From: Intoshia linei
Taxonomy: Eukaryota; Animalia; Orthonectida
NCBI GenBank assembly: GCA_001642005.1
Contig: LWCA01000181.1
Coordinates: 1-44,113 of the forward strand
Direction of reading: 5' to 3'
DNA length: 44,113 nt
Shown here piece after piece: positions 1-13,059 of this stretch; position 1 is the stretch's first letter, and the number at the start of each line of letters is the position of its first letter. A model generated the notes under the pieces. The model searched no databases. It was not told the origin of the DNA and saw only the letters and a list, made by a program, of their open reading frames with translations. Position numbers and translations under genes: made by a program.

Positions 1-218
1 ACACTTCAAATGAAGAGTTAAAATTGGACATAGAAAAGTTTTTGTCCAATAAAGAAACAAGTTTTTATGCTAGTAGTATAAATAGACTACCGGAACGTTG
101 GAAAAAGACTGTGGAAAGCAATGGTGAATACTTTATAATACAACTTTATTTTTAATGTAATCAAATAAACTTTTCAATTTTGTTAAAAAAACGACATTAC
201 TTATGAAACAACCTAATA
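1..218 (+). mobile_element. Mariner transposon 3' end (transposase C-terminus and right TIR)
   Basis: Frame from nt 3 reads TSNEELKLDIEKFLSNKETSFYASSINRLPERWKKTVESNGEYF, the mariner C-terminal FY..I..L..RW......G.YF pattern. The reverse complement of 188-216 is TTAGGTTGTTTCATAAGTAATGTCGTTTT, resembling Hsmar1-type TIRs, and is followed by TA. Confidence 0.9.
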
Positions 219-917
219 ATAGTTAACGGAATTTAATTTTTTTTAATAAAAACCATTAAATGGTCATGTTTCTTATTATTATGAGTTTTTAAAAACTACA
301 TGAGTCATGTAACATGAAGAAGTAATATATACAAAACATTATCAACGGGATCCACAGCTATTTTTTGGGGTTCATGAAAAATTTGATCAAAAATGTAATA
401 AATTGACTTCTAATTAGTAAAAAATGGGTTTATATTTCTGATAGTCATTAAAAATAAATTCTAAAGTTTTAGAAAAAAAATTTTTATTACCGGAATTTTT
501 TGTTCATACAAACTCGTTAATAAATAATTCAAAATTCCGTTAAAATGAAATTTTTCTATACGATAGCAATAAAAAAACGTGCTTTGAGTGTTAAAAATAA
601 AAACCTAGTTTTTTTATTGAATTTTAAAAAATTAAATTTAACACAGAAAAAATCATAAAATCAAAACTTGATCAAAACTGAAAAATACATCTGCATAAAA
701 GTACCATCTTGTGGATAATCTAGCGCTGATTTTAATTATATAATATATTTATAAGTTTTAGTTCATATAACCCATTTATTAACAGTTTTAATGTTTTAAA
801 AAATATAACAAAGTTTCACTTCAATTCTAAAATTGACCAATTATATCATTCGAAATAATGTTTAATTCAAAAAAGGTGAAGTTTTTTAAGTTTGAATATT
901 TATTTATTAATGTTAAA

Positions 918-2150
918 ATGCATGTCTACGAAATAAACGAAACATATTATTGCTTTTGATGTGGTATATATTTGCCAAACACTAAAAAATGTTACTTTAT
1001 AACTGATAAATGTAAAAATTTGATAATACAAATATACAGTGAAATATACGAGAATCAATTTTGAAATCTTTTATGAGATTTAAAAAGCGATTTGTGACAC
1101 CTAGAATATGGAAACATCCAGAAAGTGCCAATGACTGCTATTTCTGTATCCTGAAAAGACGAAAACAAATAAGATAAGCCTTTACTCCTATCCGGCAACC
1201 AAAACTTCACCAATTCCAATGGAAGTATATAATTTAGTTTCATCATCCCAGCCATTATCATCTCATGAAACAGTTGTTTCAATGTATACTGAGAAATTTC
1301 CAAATCAACCAATTATTATTACAGAAAAAAACTTAAATTTATTAATCTATATTTTTTAAATATCAATAGCTAAAAATATCGAACTAAATCTTTTCCGTAA
1401 ATCTGGATTTAGACACTAGAAAACTAGTGGACTTAGAAAACTAGAACTCCTCGAAAAAAGTTTTCATTTTGTTGTCGTGTTATATAATGATTATAATCCG
1501 AGACGAAATTATTATACATCAATACACTTTCTTGAACCTACAAAATGGGCCTATTTTCAGATTATATCTCGAACATAATAGCTACGAATCTTAGTATGTA
1601 AATGGTATGATGCTAAAAACAATTCAGCAAAATTAAAGTAAAAGTAAAATTACTTTATCCATTAAAAAGTATTCAAATGTTTAATTAAACCTGAATAATA
1701 TGGAAATATTCCAAAGTAAAATAATAATAAATCAACCTGATATACTTTCGATAATTTTAATATAAATTAAAATATCCAGATAAAGCATGAACGTGAATTA
1801 TCAATTATAAATTATGATGATATTTAAATTTTGATTATTTTAATTAATTGTGAGTGATAAATAGAGACTTCATTAATTGAAAAAAATTAGTTTAATTAAA
1901 TTTTGGTGGGATATCTAATCCTCATATTTGATGGAATGTCATATCAGTTAGGTAAATTTAATAAAATATGAATAGCCTATATTATATCTACATAAACAAA
2001 TCCAATTTACGGATTTATCATTAAATCAAATTAGTACATGGCTCAATTGGTCTATTGACCGTAATCTGTTTACGTTTACAGTGATTATTAATGTTTATCT
2101 AAATTATTTAAATTATTATTGCAAGTAAATTTTTAATTAATCCTTTTGTC
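918..2150 (+). mobile_element. Degenerate Chapaev(3)-like (CMC) transposase remnant
   Basis: Plus-strand fragments YYCF*CGIY...ITDKCK (~945-1017) and RFVTPRIWKHPESANDCYFC (~1088-1147) match the Chapaev3-type motifs FCY.CG...IT and F..P..W..P....DCYFC. Weaker downstream LILIFDG and PILY segments at ~1905-2090. It contains stops and frameshifts. Family assignment is from memory of motifs. Confidence 0.55.
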
Positions 2151-2170
2151 GTTGAATCTAATTGTTGACT

Positions 2171-3691
2171 ATGTTGACTGTTATGTACTTCGTACAAACA
2201 GCATCCTAGATTTGCCGAGGGCGGACATTTTATTCTACCAGAAAAATAAATTAAATTCAAAAATTGAACCTAAAAATCTAACTATTCACTATTATCAATC
2301 CTTTAAAGGAGTGGTTCTAAACTTGTTACACGTGGAACCGTCATATTACATTACTTTTTAATTTAAAGTGAATTATTTAACGTTAAATTTATTTTGTTAA
2401 CATATATACATGTATGTGTAAAGAATTTTAAAAAAAATTGTAATTTTTTTTATTTATTAGACCGTATGTGTGTATAATATTAAAAATAAAGTAAAAATAG
2501 TGCAATCCTAAAAATTGTCATAAATATCATAAATTCCAGAAAAATAAAATTGTTAAAACCTATTTTGTCATTTTCAATGTGATAATATATATTCAGTACT
2601 AATTAAATAAATAATTAAAAATACCAATTATGTATCAATATGATTAACGGAATCAGCACTTTAAAGACATATTTCAGATGAATTTTACCAATATTCAAAG
2701 CATTGTATAAATATGAAAATGAATATAACAAAGTTGTATTACTTTTAGTAATTCGTTGTTGTAGTTTTAATTTAAATTTTAAATAAAATCTTTTAAAAAT
2801 GAGAATTTGAGAATAAAAAAAACATGAAAGAATCAATTATTAGATTTCCACCTATATTTATTTATTGGAAATGTGTAGACGTTCAATGCACATTTTTTTT
2901 CAAATTGTAGGATCAATATTTTCATTTTTTATTTTAATCGAAATATTTGAAAAATATTAGTTAATAATAACTATTAAAAATTATTTTTCACGGGAATGCG
3001 TAGACTTGTGGTGTTAAAACCTAGTATTTATATCAAATGGAATAAGCTCTATCAAAATAATTTTTTTTTTTATTGTAGGACCATTAATTATTTCAAATTT
3101 TTTGTTTTACAAAATTGTTAATAAAATAGTTTCGAAATTTCGAAATAAAAAAACTGAATATTAAAGTACTTTTTTGGCCGTGAAGGCGCCACTTATTCAG
3201 ATTGAATTTTTTGAGTGTGTTAACAAAAAACAACTGTACCATCTGTAATTTTTTATAAAATTCTAGGGCTGTTTTCATTTAAAAAAAAGGTAATCTGTGG
3301 TTTTGATCGTGAAAATTATTTTTTTGAGGTTTTCATTTATGATAATGTTTATAATTTTGAAAACTATCTCAGAATTTATATTAAAAAATTTTTAGGACGT
3401 TCCATTTATATAAAAAAGTGTAATTTGTGGTTTTAATATGAAGGTATGCGTTTTTGAGGCTGAGATTAACGATAATGTTAATGCTGGTTGATTTTTGGAT
3501 GATTTTGGGCTGATTTTTTTTAAACAAAAGGGAAAATTGGGTTTTTGACCCTGAAGGACTCTTATTCTGAAACCGAAAAATAGATAAAAACACGTCCTGG
3601 AAAAACTGTATAAGAAATTAAGTTGATTTAAATCCTGTCAATTTTTTCAATAAATGGTTACACACAGACTTTGATTTTTATATAATTAAGA
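2171..3691 (-). mobile_element. Non-autonomous Helitron-like repeat, copy 1
   Basis: Shares termini and internal blocks with copies at 7.5, 13.4, 15.9 and 35.9 kb. Minus-strand consensus starts TC(C/T)TTACTTATATAA followed by a (TG)n tract and ends with a GTAC-N3-GTAC hairpin, then ATAACAGTCAAG-CTAG|T. Confidence 0.75.
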
Positions 3692-3732
3692 AATAATTAT
3701 TGAATATGAATGCATCAGATATTTTTCTATAT

Positions 3733-4355
3733 ATCGCAGTGTTAGAGTTATAATGTTCTATCTGCATTTTTGTCAAAAATGAGGTTTTTGATGAAAAATG
3801 TTTTAAATCATATCTTTTACATTTTTACCAAAAAAATTAAGCTTGAAAACGTATTAGTTTATGATATAACGAACATTTACTGGGTTAATTACTAAATCTC
3901 GACCTGATAATTCCTTACAAAATTATCAAATTCCTATTAAAAGTAACCTCACAGATTCTAAAAAGAAAGATATTAAAAGTATGTTAATCAAAATGGACAA
4001 TGAGTAAAGAATAATATAATTTAAACATATAAATTGATAAAAATTATTTGTAATGATAAAAATGGTAAATAATAACATTTCTATAGAATAATGTTCTATT
4101 TGCAATTTTTTCAAATCAAATAGTTAAACAGATTGTTGTATTAGTGAAATTTAAGTTTTGAAAAATTCTTATGTTTTTATTTTTATAGTACGAAACTTTT
4201 CAATATACTTTAACAAATATTAAAAAACTAAATTGTATAATTAAATTTCAACATAAAAATTATATTTTAGGCAATATAGTACTTTTAAACTTTAAAGTCG
4301 ATTTATGAAAAAGTATGTTTTTGCAGATAGAACATTATAACTCTAACACTGCGAT
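3733..4355. mobile_element. MITE with perfect 34-bp TIRs
   Basis: ATCGCAGTGTTAGAGTTATAATGTTCTATCTGCA (3733-3766) and its exact reverse complement (4322-4355) flank a non-coding AT-rich interior. Confidence 0.85.
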
Positions 4356-4399
4356 TTATTACAATGCTTTGCAATGTTGGTAAAATTCATCCGAAATAT

Positions 4400-5270
4400 G
4401 TAAATATGGTGTAAAGCAAAAGTGCCATGGACGAACCATTGGCAAAATGTAGCATTTACTGATGAAATTAGATTTGAATTGTTTTCAGAAAAGAGAGTAT
4501 ACGTTCGAAAACCTAAAAAGCAAAATTCTTATCAACTTATATAAGTAGAAGTATTAAAAATACCCAGTAAAATATGATTTGGGTGGTTTAGTATTAGGGC
4601 AAATGGAAAAAAAGTATTAATAAAGTGTATAGGAGGAATAAATGCTCAAGAATACCAGAGAATATTTGGAATAGCACATGAGGAAAATTTTTTCCATGAA
4701 GTGAAGATGCAGCAAGATGGAGCACCGTGCCACACAGAAAGACAACCCGCTGATTTATCAGGGTAAATCGTATAAAAACATTAAAAGATTGGTCTGCGCA
4801 AAGCCCAGATCTAAATATTATTGAACATATGTGGAAAATTTTTAAAGATAAAGTTTATAAGCTACATCCAAACAATTTAGAAGAACTGTGGAGATTTATA
4901 CAGGAAGAATGAGACCGCGTACCTCTAGAAACTATTCAAGGTTTGTATGCCTCATTGCCCAGAAGAATTGCATCAGTTATACAAAATAAAGGATGGAATA
5001 CTAGATATTAGTAATTTTATATATATTTATCTAATATTTTCATTTAATTAACATAATTAAATGTATTATTTTATAGGTGCCTAAGACTTTTGTCGCTCGG
5101 AATTTTGCAATTTTAATTAAAAATTTTTTATAGTTTTTACTTTTTTAGGGTTGTTAAATATTTTTTCTTGATCATAAACTAGATATGATATAATAAAATG
5201 TCTTAAATCATGAACCAGAAGTGTTTAAATTAATTACAATGAAGTGCCTAAGACTTATGTCGCGCACTGT
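4400..5270 (+). mobile_element. 5'-truncated Tc1-like element with IR/DR right end
   Basis: Reads WQNVAFTDEIRFELF, QQDGAPCHT, DWSAQSPDLNIIEHMW and KGWNTRY* with frameshifts. The direct repeat GTGCCTAAGACTT(T/A)TGTCGC occurs at ~5077 and ~5244, and the element ends CACTG-TA at 5270. Confidence 0.9.
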
Positions 5271-5594
5271 ATAGATTTACTATAGCTCGATTCAAATAAT
5301 TGAATAGTTGCGCACTGCAAAACTCTGAGAACAAACAGGGGAAGAATGATTTTAAATTTTTTTAATTTCTAAAATATTGTCGAATTTAAGTTAATCAATA
5401 ATACATTTTAAAATCCAAACGAAAGAAATTTTCGTTCAAAAAAAAATAAAAAAATGACAACTCATACAAGTTAATCTCCAGTTAACACACAAAAAAATTT
5501 CAATATCATAAACTGACACCTTTGCGGTCAAAAAAGCACTTTAGTATTCATTCTGTTGTAACAATTTCATTAAAACAAAAAACTAGAAAGTCAG

Positions 5595-5647
5595 CTCTCG
5601 ACACAGCTAGCTACTGTTTGTACCAAGCACATGACAGTCAAGTTAGT
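5595..5647 (+). mobile_element. Solo Helitron-family 3' terminus (degenerate)
   Basis: CTCTCGACACAGCTAGCTACTGTTTGTACCAAGCACATGACAGTCAAGTTAGT matches the family 3' end in plus orientation. Confidence 0.6.
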
Positions 5648-5840
5648 CTTTTATAAATAAAGTAGGCACTTACTTATTATACATTATTATGTATTGCCTC
5701 ATAAGTGTATTATATACTGTGTACTACACTACATACTAATTCATTCATCAGGTATATCAATGTAAAATATAAATGTATTGATTGTAATAATATTTATGTC
5801 AGTGTAATTGTGATCAAATAATAATATTTTTCATTTTATA

Positions 5841-6170
5841 ATGATTGCGTTGCGTATTTTCACAATAGTAATCACGTGCGCATTTTTACTTAGCGTGCAA
5901 TCTGGACCGCTAACCAGTAAAGATTTTAAAGGTATTTACCGCATACTTTCTCCGCTGGATCAATGTTTTGTACGATGCTTGGAGAAACCCATAAAGGTAT
6001 ATCAGTGATAACAACCAAATCAAATGTGGTGTATTAATTTTGAGATTATATTCGTAATTTATTTTTTAAATGTTTTTTGATAAAAAAAATTTTACTCAGC
6101 CGTCTAATTGAAACAAAAGCTAAATTTCTTACATGTATAAGAGAAGATTCTTATTTTTTAATTATTTGTA
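5841..6170 (+). CDS. Candidate small secreted Cys-containing orphan protein (possibly frameshifted)
   Basis: ATG at 5841 gives MIALRIFTIVITCAFLLSVQSG-PLTSKDFKGIYRILSPLDQCFVRCLEKPIK, with a signal-peptide-like N-terminus and GC above background. Unspliced stop at 6006-6008. A +1 frame continues ISDNNQIKCGVLILRLYS and splices in phase (GT ~6053, CAG 6099) to RLIETKAKFLTCIRED. Confidence 0.45.
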
Positions 6171-6393
6171 AATTTAATTTTTAAGTTGTACATTTTTTCA
6201 AGTGTGTATTTTTAACACGAAAGCACCTTTTGATAACAGGGGTATATCATAAGATTGATCAAGTAAAATGAAACGCATTCACTCAAACCAGGTTAATTTA
6301 AAATTTCATTATATATTATTATTTAGTTCATTAAATTTTTACTTACATTTTAGTATAATAGTCATTTAATCTGATAATATTTTCTGTGAACTA

Positions 6394-6628
6394 CAGTATT
6401 CTCTCTATAACTCGCCATTTTTATGATTTAGAAAAGGATGGCGAGATATAGGTTTTACCACTATAGAAACAGTAAACAAAAACTTTAAATTAAAGGTTAC
6501 ATTGCAATGAAATGTAAATTGTAATACAAAATAGCTTAACATATTTTGAAAAATGGTTTTAAAAATTTTAGTTTATATTTCAAATTAATGGCGAGTTATA
6601 GAGTTGGAGAGCTGTGGAGAGAATACTG
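6394..6628. mobile_element. Tc1/pogo-type MITE with TA TSD
   Basis: TA|CAGTATTCTCTC ... GAGAGAATACTG|TA, plus a subterminal IR CTCTATAACTCGCCATT / AATGGCGAGTTATAGAG. Confidence 0.85.
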
Positions 6629-7518
6629 TATTTTTTTATTGTATGGAATAATTAATAAATGTTAAGTAACTTTTTTATTTTTGGGGTAGTAACTTCAGTA
6701 ACCAATGCACTTTTTATAAAATTAAATTTTTTAAACTCTTACTTTTATATATTTACAAAAAAATTAAACATTATCTAAAAATCGGTGATATCAACAACTA
6801 TAAATTTTCATAAAAATCCTGTAACATTCCTATTTAACACAAATCATAAGCATTAACGTCAAGTAAAAACACTTTTCTATTTTTTCATCAAATGAAAGTT
6901 GATAGCGCACATAATTTTACATTTAAATAAATCATAAACTCGTTTTAAATTAATTTATTAATAGATAATTCAGATGAAATTATCTTAATAATAATGAATT
7001 AAAATATATCTATTTTAGTATATTTGTTCAAATCTGTGCTTAAAAAGATATCGATAAATAATCATTGGCATATACTTCAATAAATAATCATGTATCGTAA
7101 ATGTAGTTTTGACAAAAGTGTCATTTAACTAATTGTCTAATGGATGTTAATGTTAAATTAAAAAGTTAATATATTACATTATCATTAATTTTGACATCTA
7201 AACAAATTACATAGACTAATTTCTACTTAGTTAATTTCCTCAAACATAAAAAACGAAAATAGAATACATTAAAAATATTAAGACATAGAAAAATGTACAA
7301 AGTATTTATAATTATAAATAATAATTATAATCCTTACTTAGTTACTATTACGTACGTATTACTTAGGTGTATAAAGACTTTATTAAAGTAAAACTGTTTT
7401 TAAAAATACGTCTGTGTGTAAGAATTTATTGAGAAAACTGACAATCCCAGAAATTTAAAAATCAAACTACAACTGTTACCTTCCAGATCAAAACCACAAG
7501 TTACCTTTATTTTAAAAA

Positions 7519-8751
7519 TTAGCTTGACTGTTAAGTACTTCGTACAAACAACACCTAGCTTGGCCGAGGGTGGATATTTTTATTCTACCAGAAAAATTAA
7601 AAATGCTACTATTCACTATAATTAATCATTTAAACGAGTGTTCCACACTTGTCACCCGTCATATCACATTACGTTTAAATTTAAAGTGAATTATTCCACG
7701 TATTGTATGCAAAGTATTACAAATATTGTAATAAATATAATAATGATAATAAAAAAGTTGAATTACTTTTAGTAATTCGTTTTTGTAGTTTTAATTTAAA
7801 TTTTAAACAAAATATTTTGAAAATGAGAATCAAAAATTGCGTAGCAACGAAAAAAATCCCCAAAGAATCAATTATATTGATTTCCACCGATATTTATTTA
7901 TTTATTGGAAATGTTTAGACGTTCAATTCACATTTTTTTTTGAAATTGTAGCATCAATATTTACATTTTCAATTTTTATTTTAATCGAAATATTTGAAAA
8001 ATATTGGTTGATAATATATTAAAAATTATTTTTCACCGGGAATGCTTAGATTTCTGGGGTTAACCTTTTATATTTATATCAACTGGAATAAGCTCTATCA
8101 AAATAATCTTTTTTTTTAAGTTTCGGACCCTTAATTATTTCAAATTTTTTGTTTTAATAAAATTGTTTTGAAATAAAAAAATTCAATAATATTAAAATAC
8201 TTTTTTGACCGTGAAGGCGTCACTTATTCAGATTGAAATTTTTTGTGTGTCTTAACAGGATACAACTGAACCATCTGTATTTTTTTTAATTCTAAGTCTG
8301 ATTTCATAATAAAAAAAATGATAATATGGGGTATTGATCGTGACAATTATTCTTTTTGAGGTTTCTATTTATGTTATTTATTTATATTATTAATTTTTAT
8401 GATTTTAAAAACTATCCTATAATTTATGTTTAAAAAAATTTTAAGATATGTTTCATTTTTAAAACAAAGGGTAATTTGGGGTTTTAACCATGAAGGTATG
8501 TGTTAATGAGGCTGAGATTGAAGACAATGTTAATGATTTTAAAACGCGTCATGATTAAAAACAGAATGTATGTTTTATTAAATTTTTGGTCTAATTTTTT
8601 ATCCTGAAAGACTCAAATTCTGAAACTGAAAAATAGATAAAAACACGTCCTAGGAACAACTGCATTAAGAATTGGGTTTTTTAAATAGTACGACTGTCAA
8701 TTTTTTCAATAAATAGTTACACACAGACGTTCATTTTTATATAAGTAAAGA
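7519..8751 (-). mobile_element. Helitron-like repeat, copy 2
   Basis: Both family termini are present: AGCTTGACTGTTAAGTACTTCGTAC... and ...CACACAGAC..TATATAAGTAAAGA. Confidence 0.75.
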
Positions 8752-9603
8752 ATGAAGTCTTAGTATTTAAAAAAATATAAATTGTGATACAGATTTTTTA
8801 AATGATAATTATCAATCTCAAAAATGCATACCTTCACGGTCAAAACCACAAATTACCATTATTATATAAAATGAAAAAACGAATCGTCCTATAAATTTAA
8901 AAAAGACGGAAGCTACTACATCTTGTTTCAGTTAACATACATAAAAAATGTCAATGCCACAAAGTTAAGCCTTCAAGGTCAAAAAGTTAATTTAATCTTT
9001 ATGAATTTAATTAAATTACATCAATTAATTATTAATTATCATCAGGGCTATGACCCGTATCGGGACAATGAATAAAACACGGACACCAATTAAAGTGTAT
9101 AAAAAATTCAAATTTTTTTAATTATTGACACATGTGAAAAACATTTTTTGGCAACATTTTTGCATTTTTCAAATCATTCAAAAAGCCAATAAATAGAGAT
9201 TAATTTTTTAAATTAATTGCAATCGATTATTCCCAATCTCTGCTGTCCATAGAGAATAATGAAAAAACTAATTAAAATTAATTGACTGATATTCCTTGTA
9301 GAGTTATGCATCAAATCGTGTTCAGCTGATATGTACAAACGAAACGAAAATTTTTGTCTGAAACACGATTAAAATTTAATCAAAAATTTAATTACAAAAA
9401 TTAATTAGATTAAGTTAAAGATACATGTATGTTAGTAAAACATAAAACATTTAGAAGAATTTAAATTTTGCAAACACGTTCTGAACACAACTAAAAACAC
9501 GAAACATAATAAAATTTTCAACACGATCCAAAACAATCCGAAGTTCGTGTTCGGATCGAATCATATCGTATTGCGGAAGTATAATTCCTTGTACTATCAA
9601 GAG

Positions 9604-9792
9604 CAGGGGCGTCAGACTCAATTTGACTGATAGGCCAAATGTGAAAAAAATTATTACGCGGGCCGTACAACCTAAATCTTCACTCAAAAAATGATGTTAA
9701 AAACTAATTGTAAAAAATTGTTATAAAAAATAAAAATTTATATTATAACGCGAGCCGCACATTCCATAATTGGGGGCCGCATAATTGACACC
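9604..9792. mobile_element. hAT-type MITE (degenerate)
   Basis: Starts CAGGGGCGTCAGAC, has GCGGGCCG-like subterminal motifs and ends GGGCCGCATAATTGACACC. A related end lies at ~27740-27777. Confidence 0.5.
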
Positions 9793-10329
9793 AACATTAA
9801 TTAATTGTAAATAAATAAGAGGTTCCTTATAAAGTCAAATAGCTTAAGGAGTATACATCCCTACCTGTTGCAACGTACAACACGTTGTACGGACCCTAAA
9901 AACATGAAATATTTAAAAAAAATAATAATATATGTATATTTAAGAATATATAATTTAAAATATTTATTTATTATTGATATATAATAATTAAATTAAATCG
10001 CAATTATCGATAAAGTATTTTTATTATATAATATACAATTATTGATATAAAAAATATTTTATACTGTAAAAAATGTACCAGTTTCTTTCATAATAACACT
10101 CAAACTGACAGGAGTTGTGACATAATGGACGCGTTCAAGTTTTAAACGATTTATCATCTAAATTGTATGATTAACATGTGATACTAAAAACGATAAATCC
10201 TTACTTACAATTGGTAAAGTGGTGTGGTAAAGAATTATTTACTCATTTATTAATATGCCCATAACTTTTAACTCCATGAAGATATTTCAAAATATTGTAA
10301 ATCATTCGACAAGTAAAGTAAAATGGTTA

Positions 10330-10735
10330 AAAATGTATGTCTGTTTATTTGTTTCTTCCAGTTTATTTAAGAAAGTAAGGGGAGTCGAATTTTACAAATT
10401 CTTATATAATATAATATATAATACAAATATTTTCTTATAACAGTTTTTCGAGAGTAATGTTTTATCGCAAATTTCAATTTCAAAAATTGAATCCTTCAAG
10501 GTTAAAAACAATTGTTCTTTGTTTTTAAATTCAAACACGTCCTAGAATTTCAGAAATTCATCGATATTATGATAATTTTCAATTTCAAAATCTTCACGGT
10601 CAAAACCCCAAATTACCCTTTTTTGTAAAAATTAAGAAAGTCCTGGAATGGTTTTTAAATTCATAAGTTTTATTATAAATGATAACCTCAAAAAAAGTAA
10701 CTTTCACGTAAAAACCCCAGATTACTCTTTTTTTG
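10330..10735 (+). mobile_element. Helitron-family 5' portion, plus orientation
   Basis: A GTCTGTTT-type tract is followed by CTTCA(A/C)GGT(T/C)AAAA subrepeats, the reverse complement of the family's internal motif. Confidence 0.55.
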
Positions 10736-11300
10736 AACATATGTGGTCTTATAATCAATGCAGTGTTACTTTAAAAACATCTATATTGCGTCCAAGTTCA
10801 TTACAATTACATTAATAGTTTTAAGAAAAAAGCTGACAATACTTAACCCTATATTAATATATTTATAAATACCCTATATCAAAATATTTTTATGCTTAGT
10901 GAAAAGGAATTAAAGATTCACTTGTATTTTTTGAAATTAATTTAATTTCTAAAAAATGAAAGTGTTACATGCAGAATACTAAAGTGGAACATTTATACAG
11001 CGTTAATCATCATGTGGGTTCGAATCGTAAATATAATGTATAAAACTTGTATATACCTCAAATCCAATGCAAGAATACGGTGAGATGATATCATAAAAAA
11101 ATTCCAACTTTTTAATCATTTTGAGAGTTGATATACTGTATTTAATTGACTGGATAAGTTTATTAAGAATCGTTGTTACGATTCAAAATTTAAATTTCAA
11201 ATATTAATACAGGGTAATCAATGTAAAAATGTACAGAATTACAGTACAGTACAGAATTGTTTTGAAATACTATAAAGTCACCTACACCTGTATAGAAATA

Positions 11301-11600
11301 AGTGTGTAACGATTGGCAGAGAGGAATTCAAATACGTTTATCATAAATAAAAATTGTTCAAATCTGGATTCGAACTCTAGCTTGATGGCTTGAACTCCAA
11401 TCTTAACTCTTCAAGGGTACTACAATTGTATGGTATTCGGCATCGTTACCAGAAATTTTTTATTTTCGGGTGGGCTCTAGAATTTGCTCCAGAATCCGAT
11501 TTTTTTACTAAGAATTCAAAAATCTGTTTCAGTCTCACATATAGAATTCTTAATCTCTTCGATTTTTACAATTTTCAAACAAATCAAATCATTACATACT
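11301..11600. mobile_element. MITE-like element flanked by TA
   Basis: TA|AGTGTGTAACGATT ... AATCATTACATACT|TA (inverted repeat with 2 mismatches). Confidence 0.55.
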
Positions 11601-12633
11601 TACTTATAAATAAATATATACTTAAATAGTTACTTATAAATTTTTTAAGAGGTCTGGAGTTATGAGTTTAAAAACCACTGTTCTAGAATATAACTATACA
11701 TTTGTATTAGAATATTCGTTTTTGACAAAATTTACCCTACCTTAAATAGTCTATTTGAATAGACTAGAAACCTTTCGAAAAAATCACTGCAAAAAAATGA
11801 AACATTTTTTAACTGCAAGATTTTTGCGAGCAATTTCCATTTTTCTTAATTTGAACAAATAATTAGTTATTAATCATGTTTAGCTTTAAAATTAAAAAAT
11901 ATAAATATAATGTTTATGAATTTATTTCTAATATACAGTATAAATGAAACAATCATTAATCAAAAGTATATTCATTTGGGTCTGGCACAAAATCTAAAAA
12001 TTTTTCATAAATAAAAAAAATTATTTATAATTCTAATTATAAAACTTTGATTACAAATCTAAAATATATCCAAATATTTTAATAGTCGTGTACTAAATAC
12101 AGTGTACTTATGATTCGTAAAATTTCTATAAAAAAATGGATTACTTAAAAAAGATTTTTAACCATTTAACTTCTACATCCTTTCATAAATTCTAACACAA
12201 ATCACTTAATGTGCTGAAATAGGCATGTAAATCATACCATACGTTAAATACTAATTACAAGTAATAAATTAGTAACAAAACAATTTACCGCACTTTATAT
12301 TCCATTTAAATTAAATTTTAATAATTAAAAATGATTCATAATTCAAAATAATGACCTATAATGTATGTAGTTTTTATAAATAAATTTTCAGTGATGTCAA
12401 TAACGTACAACAATTTTAAGGGCGTTTTATCAAGATAATTTTAAGTTTATGTACAGAAACTATTAATAAAAAACCAAGTGACAAAATAATTAAATAATCA
12501 TTTGAAAAAGTGATTATTTATAAGCACTTTTACTTACAAAATGTACCTTTAGGTAATGGTCTTCGGAAAAGCAAAATGTGTGGTTCTAAAATTCAATTTT
12601 AAAATAAATACATGCATCAAAAATATAAATAAA

Positions 12634-13059
12634 CTAGCTTGGCTATTTTGTACTACGTACAAACAGCACCTAGCTCTGCCGAGGGCACTCTTTTATTATA
12701 CCCAAAAAATAAATTCATGTTGAAAATCTAACTTATAAATCCTACTATTCACTATTATCAATCCTTTAAAAGAAAAAATAAATTCACGTTGAAAATCTAA
12801 TTTAAAAATCCTACTATTCACTATTATCAATCCTTTAAAGGAGTGGTTCCCAAATTTATTTTAGGTGGAACCATCATATCACATTACTTTTTACTTTAAA
12901 GTGACATATTTTAGTCGAATTTTATCAAAATTGCAAAGGATTGTAATAAATATAAAAATGATATTAACAAAGTTGTTTTAGTTTCGTTGTTTAGTTTCTA
13001 TTTAAATTTTATTCAAAATGTATAGAAAATAAAGAATTTGAAATTTAAAAATTGTGTAG
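12634..13059 (-). mobile_element. Helitron-like copy 3 (3' part, broken at an N)
   Basis: Intact A|CTAG terminus at 12634, a ~65-bp internal tandem duplication, and an end at the N at 13060. Confidence 0.7.

Noticed and set aside
1055-1312. 85-aa minus ORF and a gag-like NGWDDETK frame
   Set aside because: The plus strand gives the more diagnostic PRIW..P....DCYFC transposase motif.
2146-3593. Several short ORFs here and at 7703, 7837, 22245, 37537 and 40591
   Set aside because: They fall inside non-coding Helitron copies and are not conserved as ORFs between copies.
12550-12600. GGTAATGGTCTTCGGAAAA resembling the SLC37 GNWFGK motif
   Set aside because: It does not translate to the motif in any frame and has no supporting neighbouring exons.
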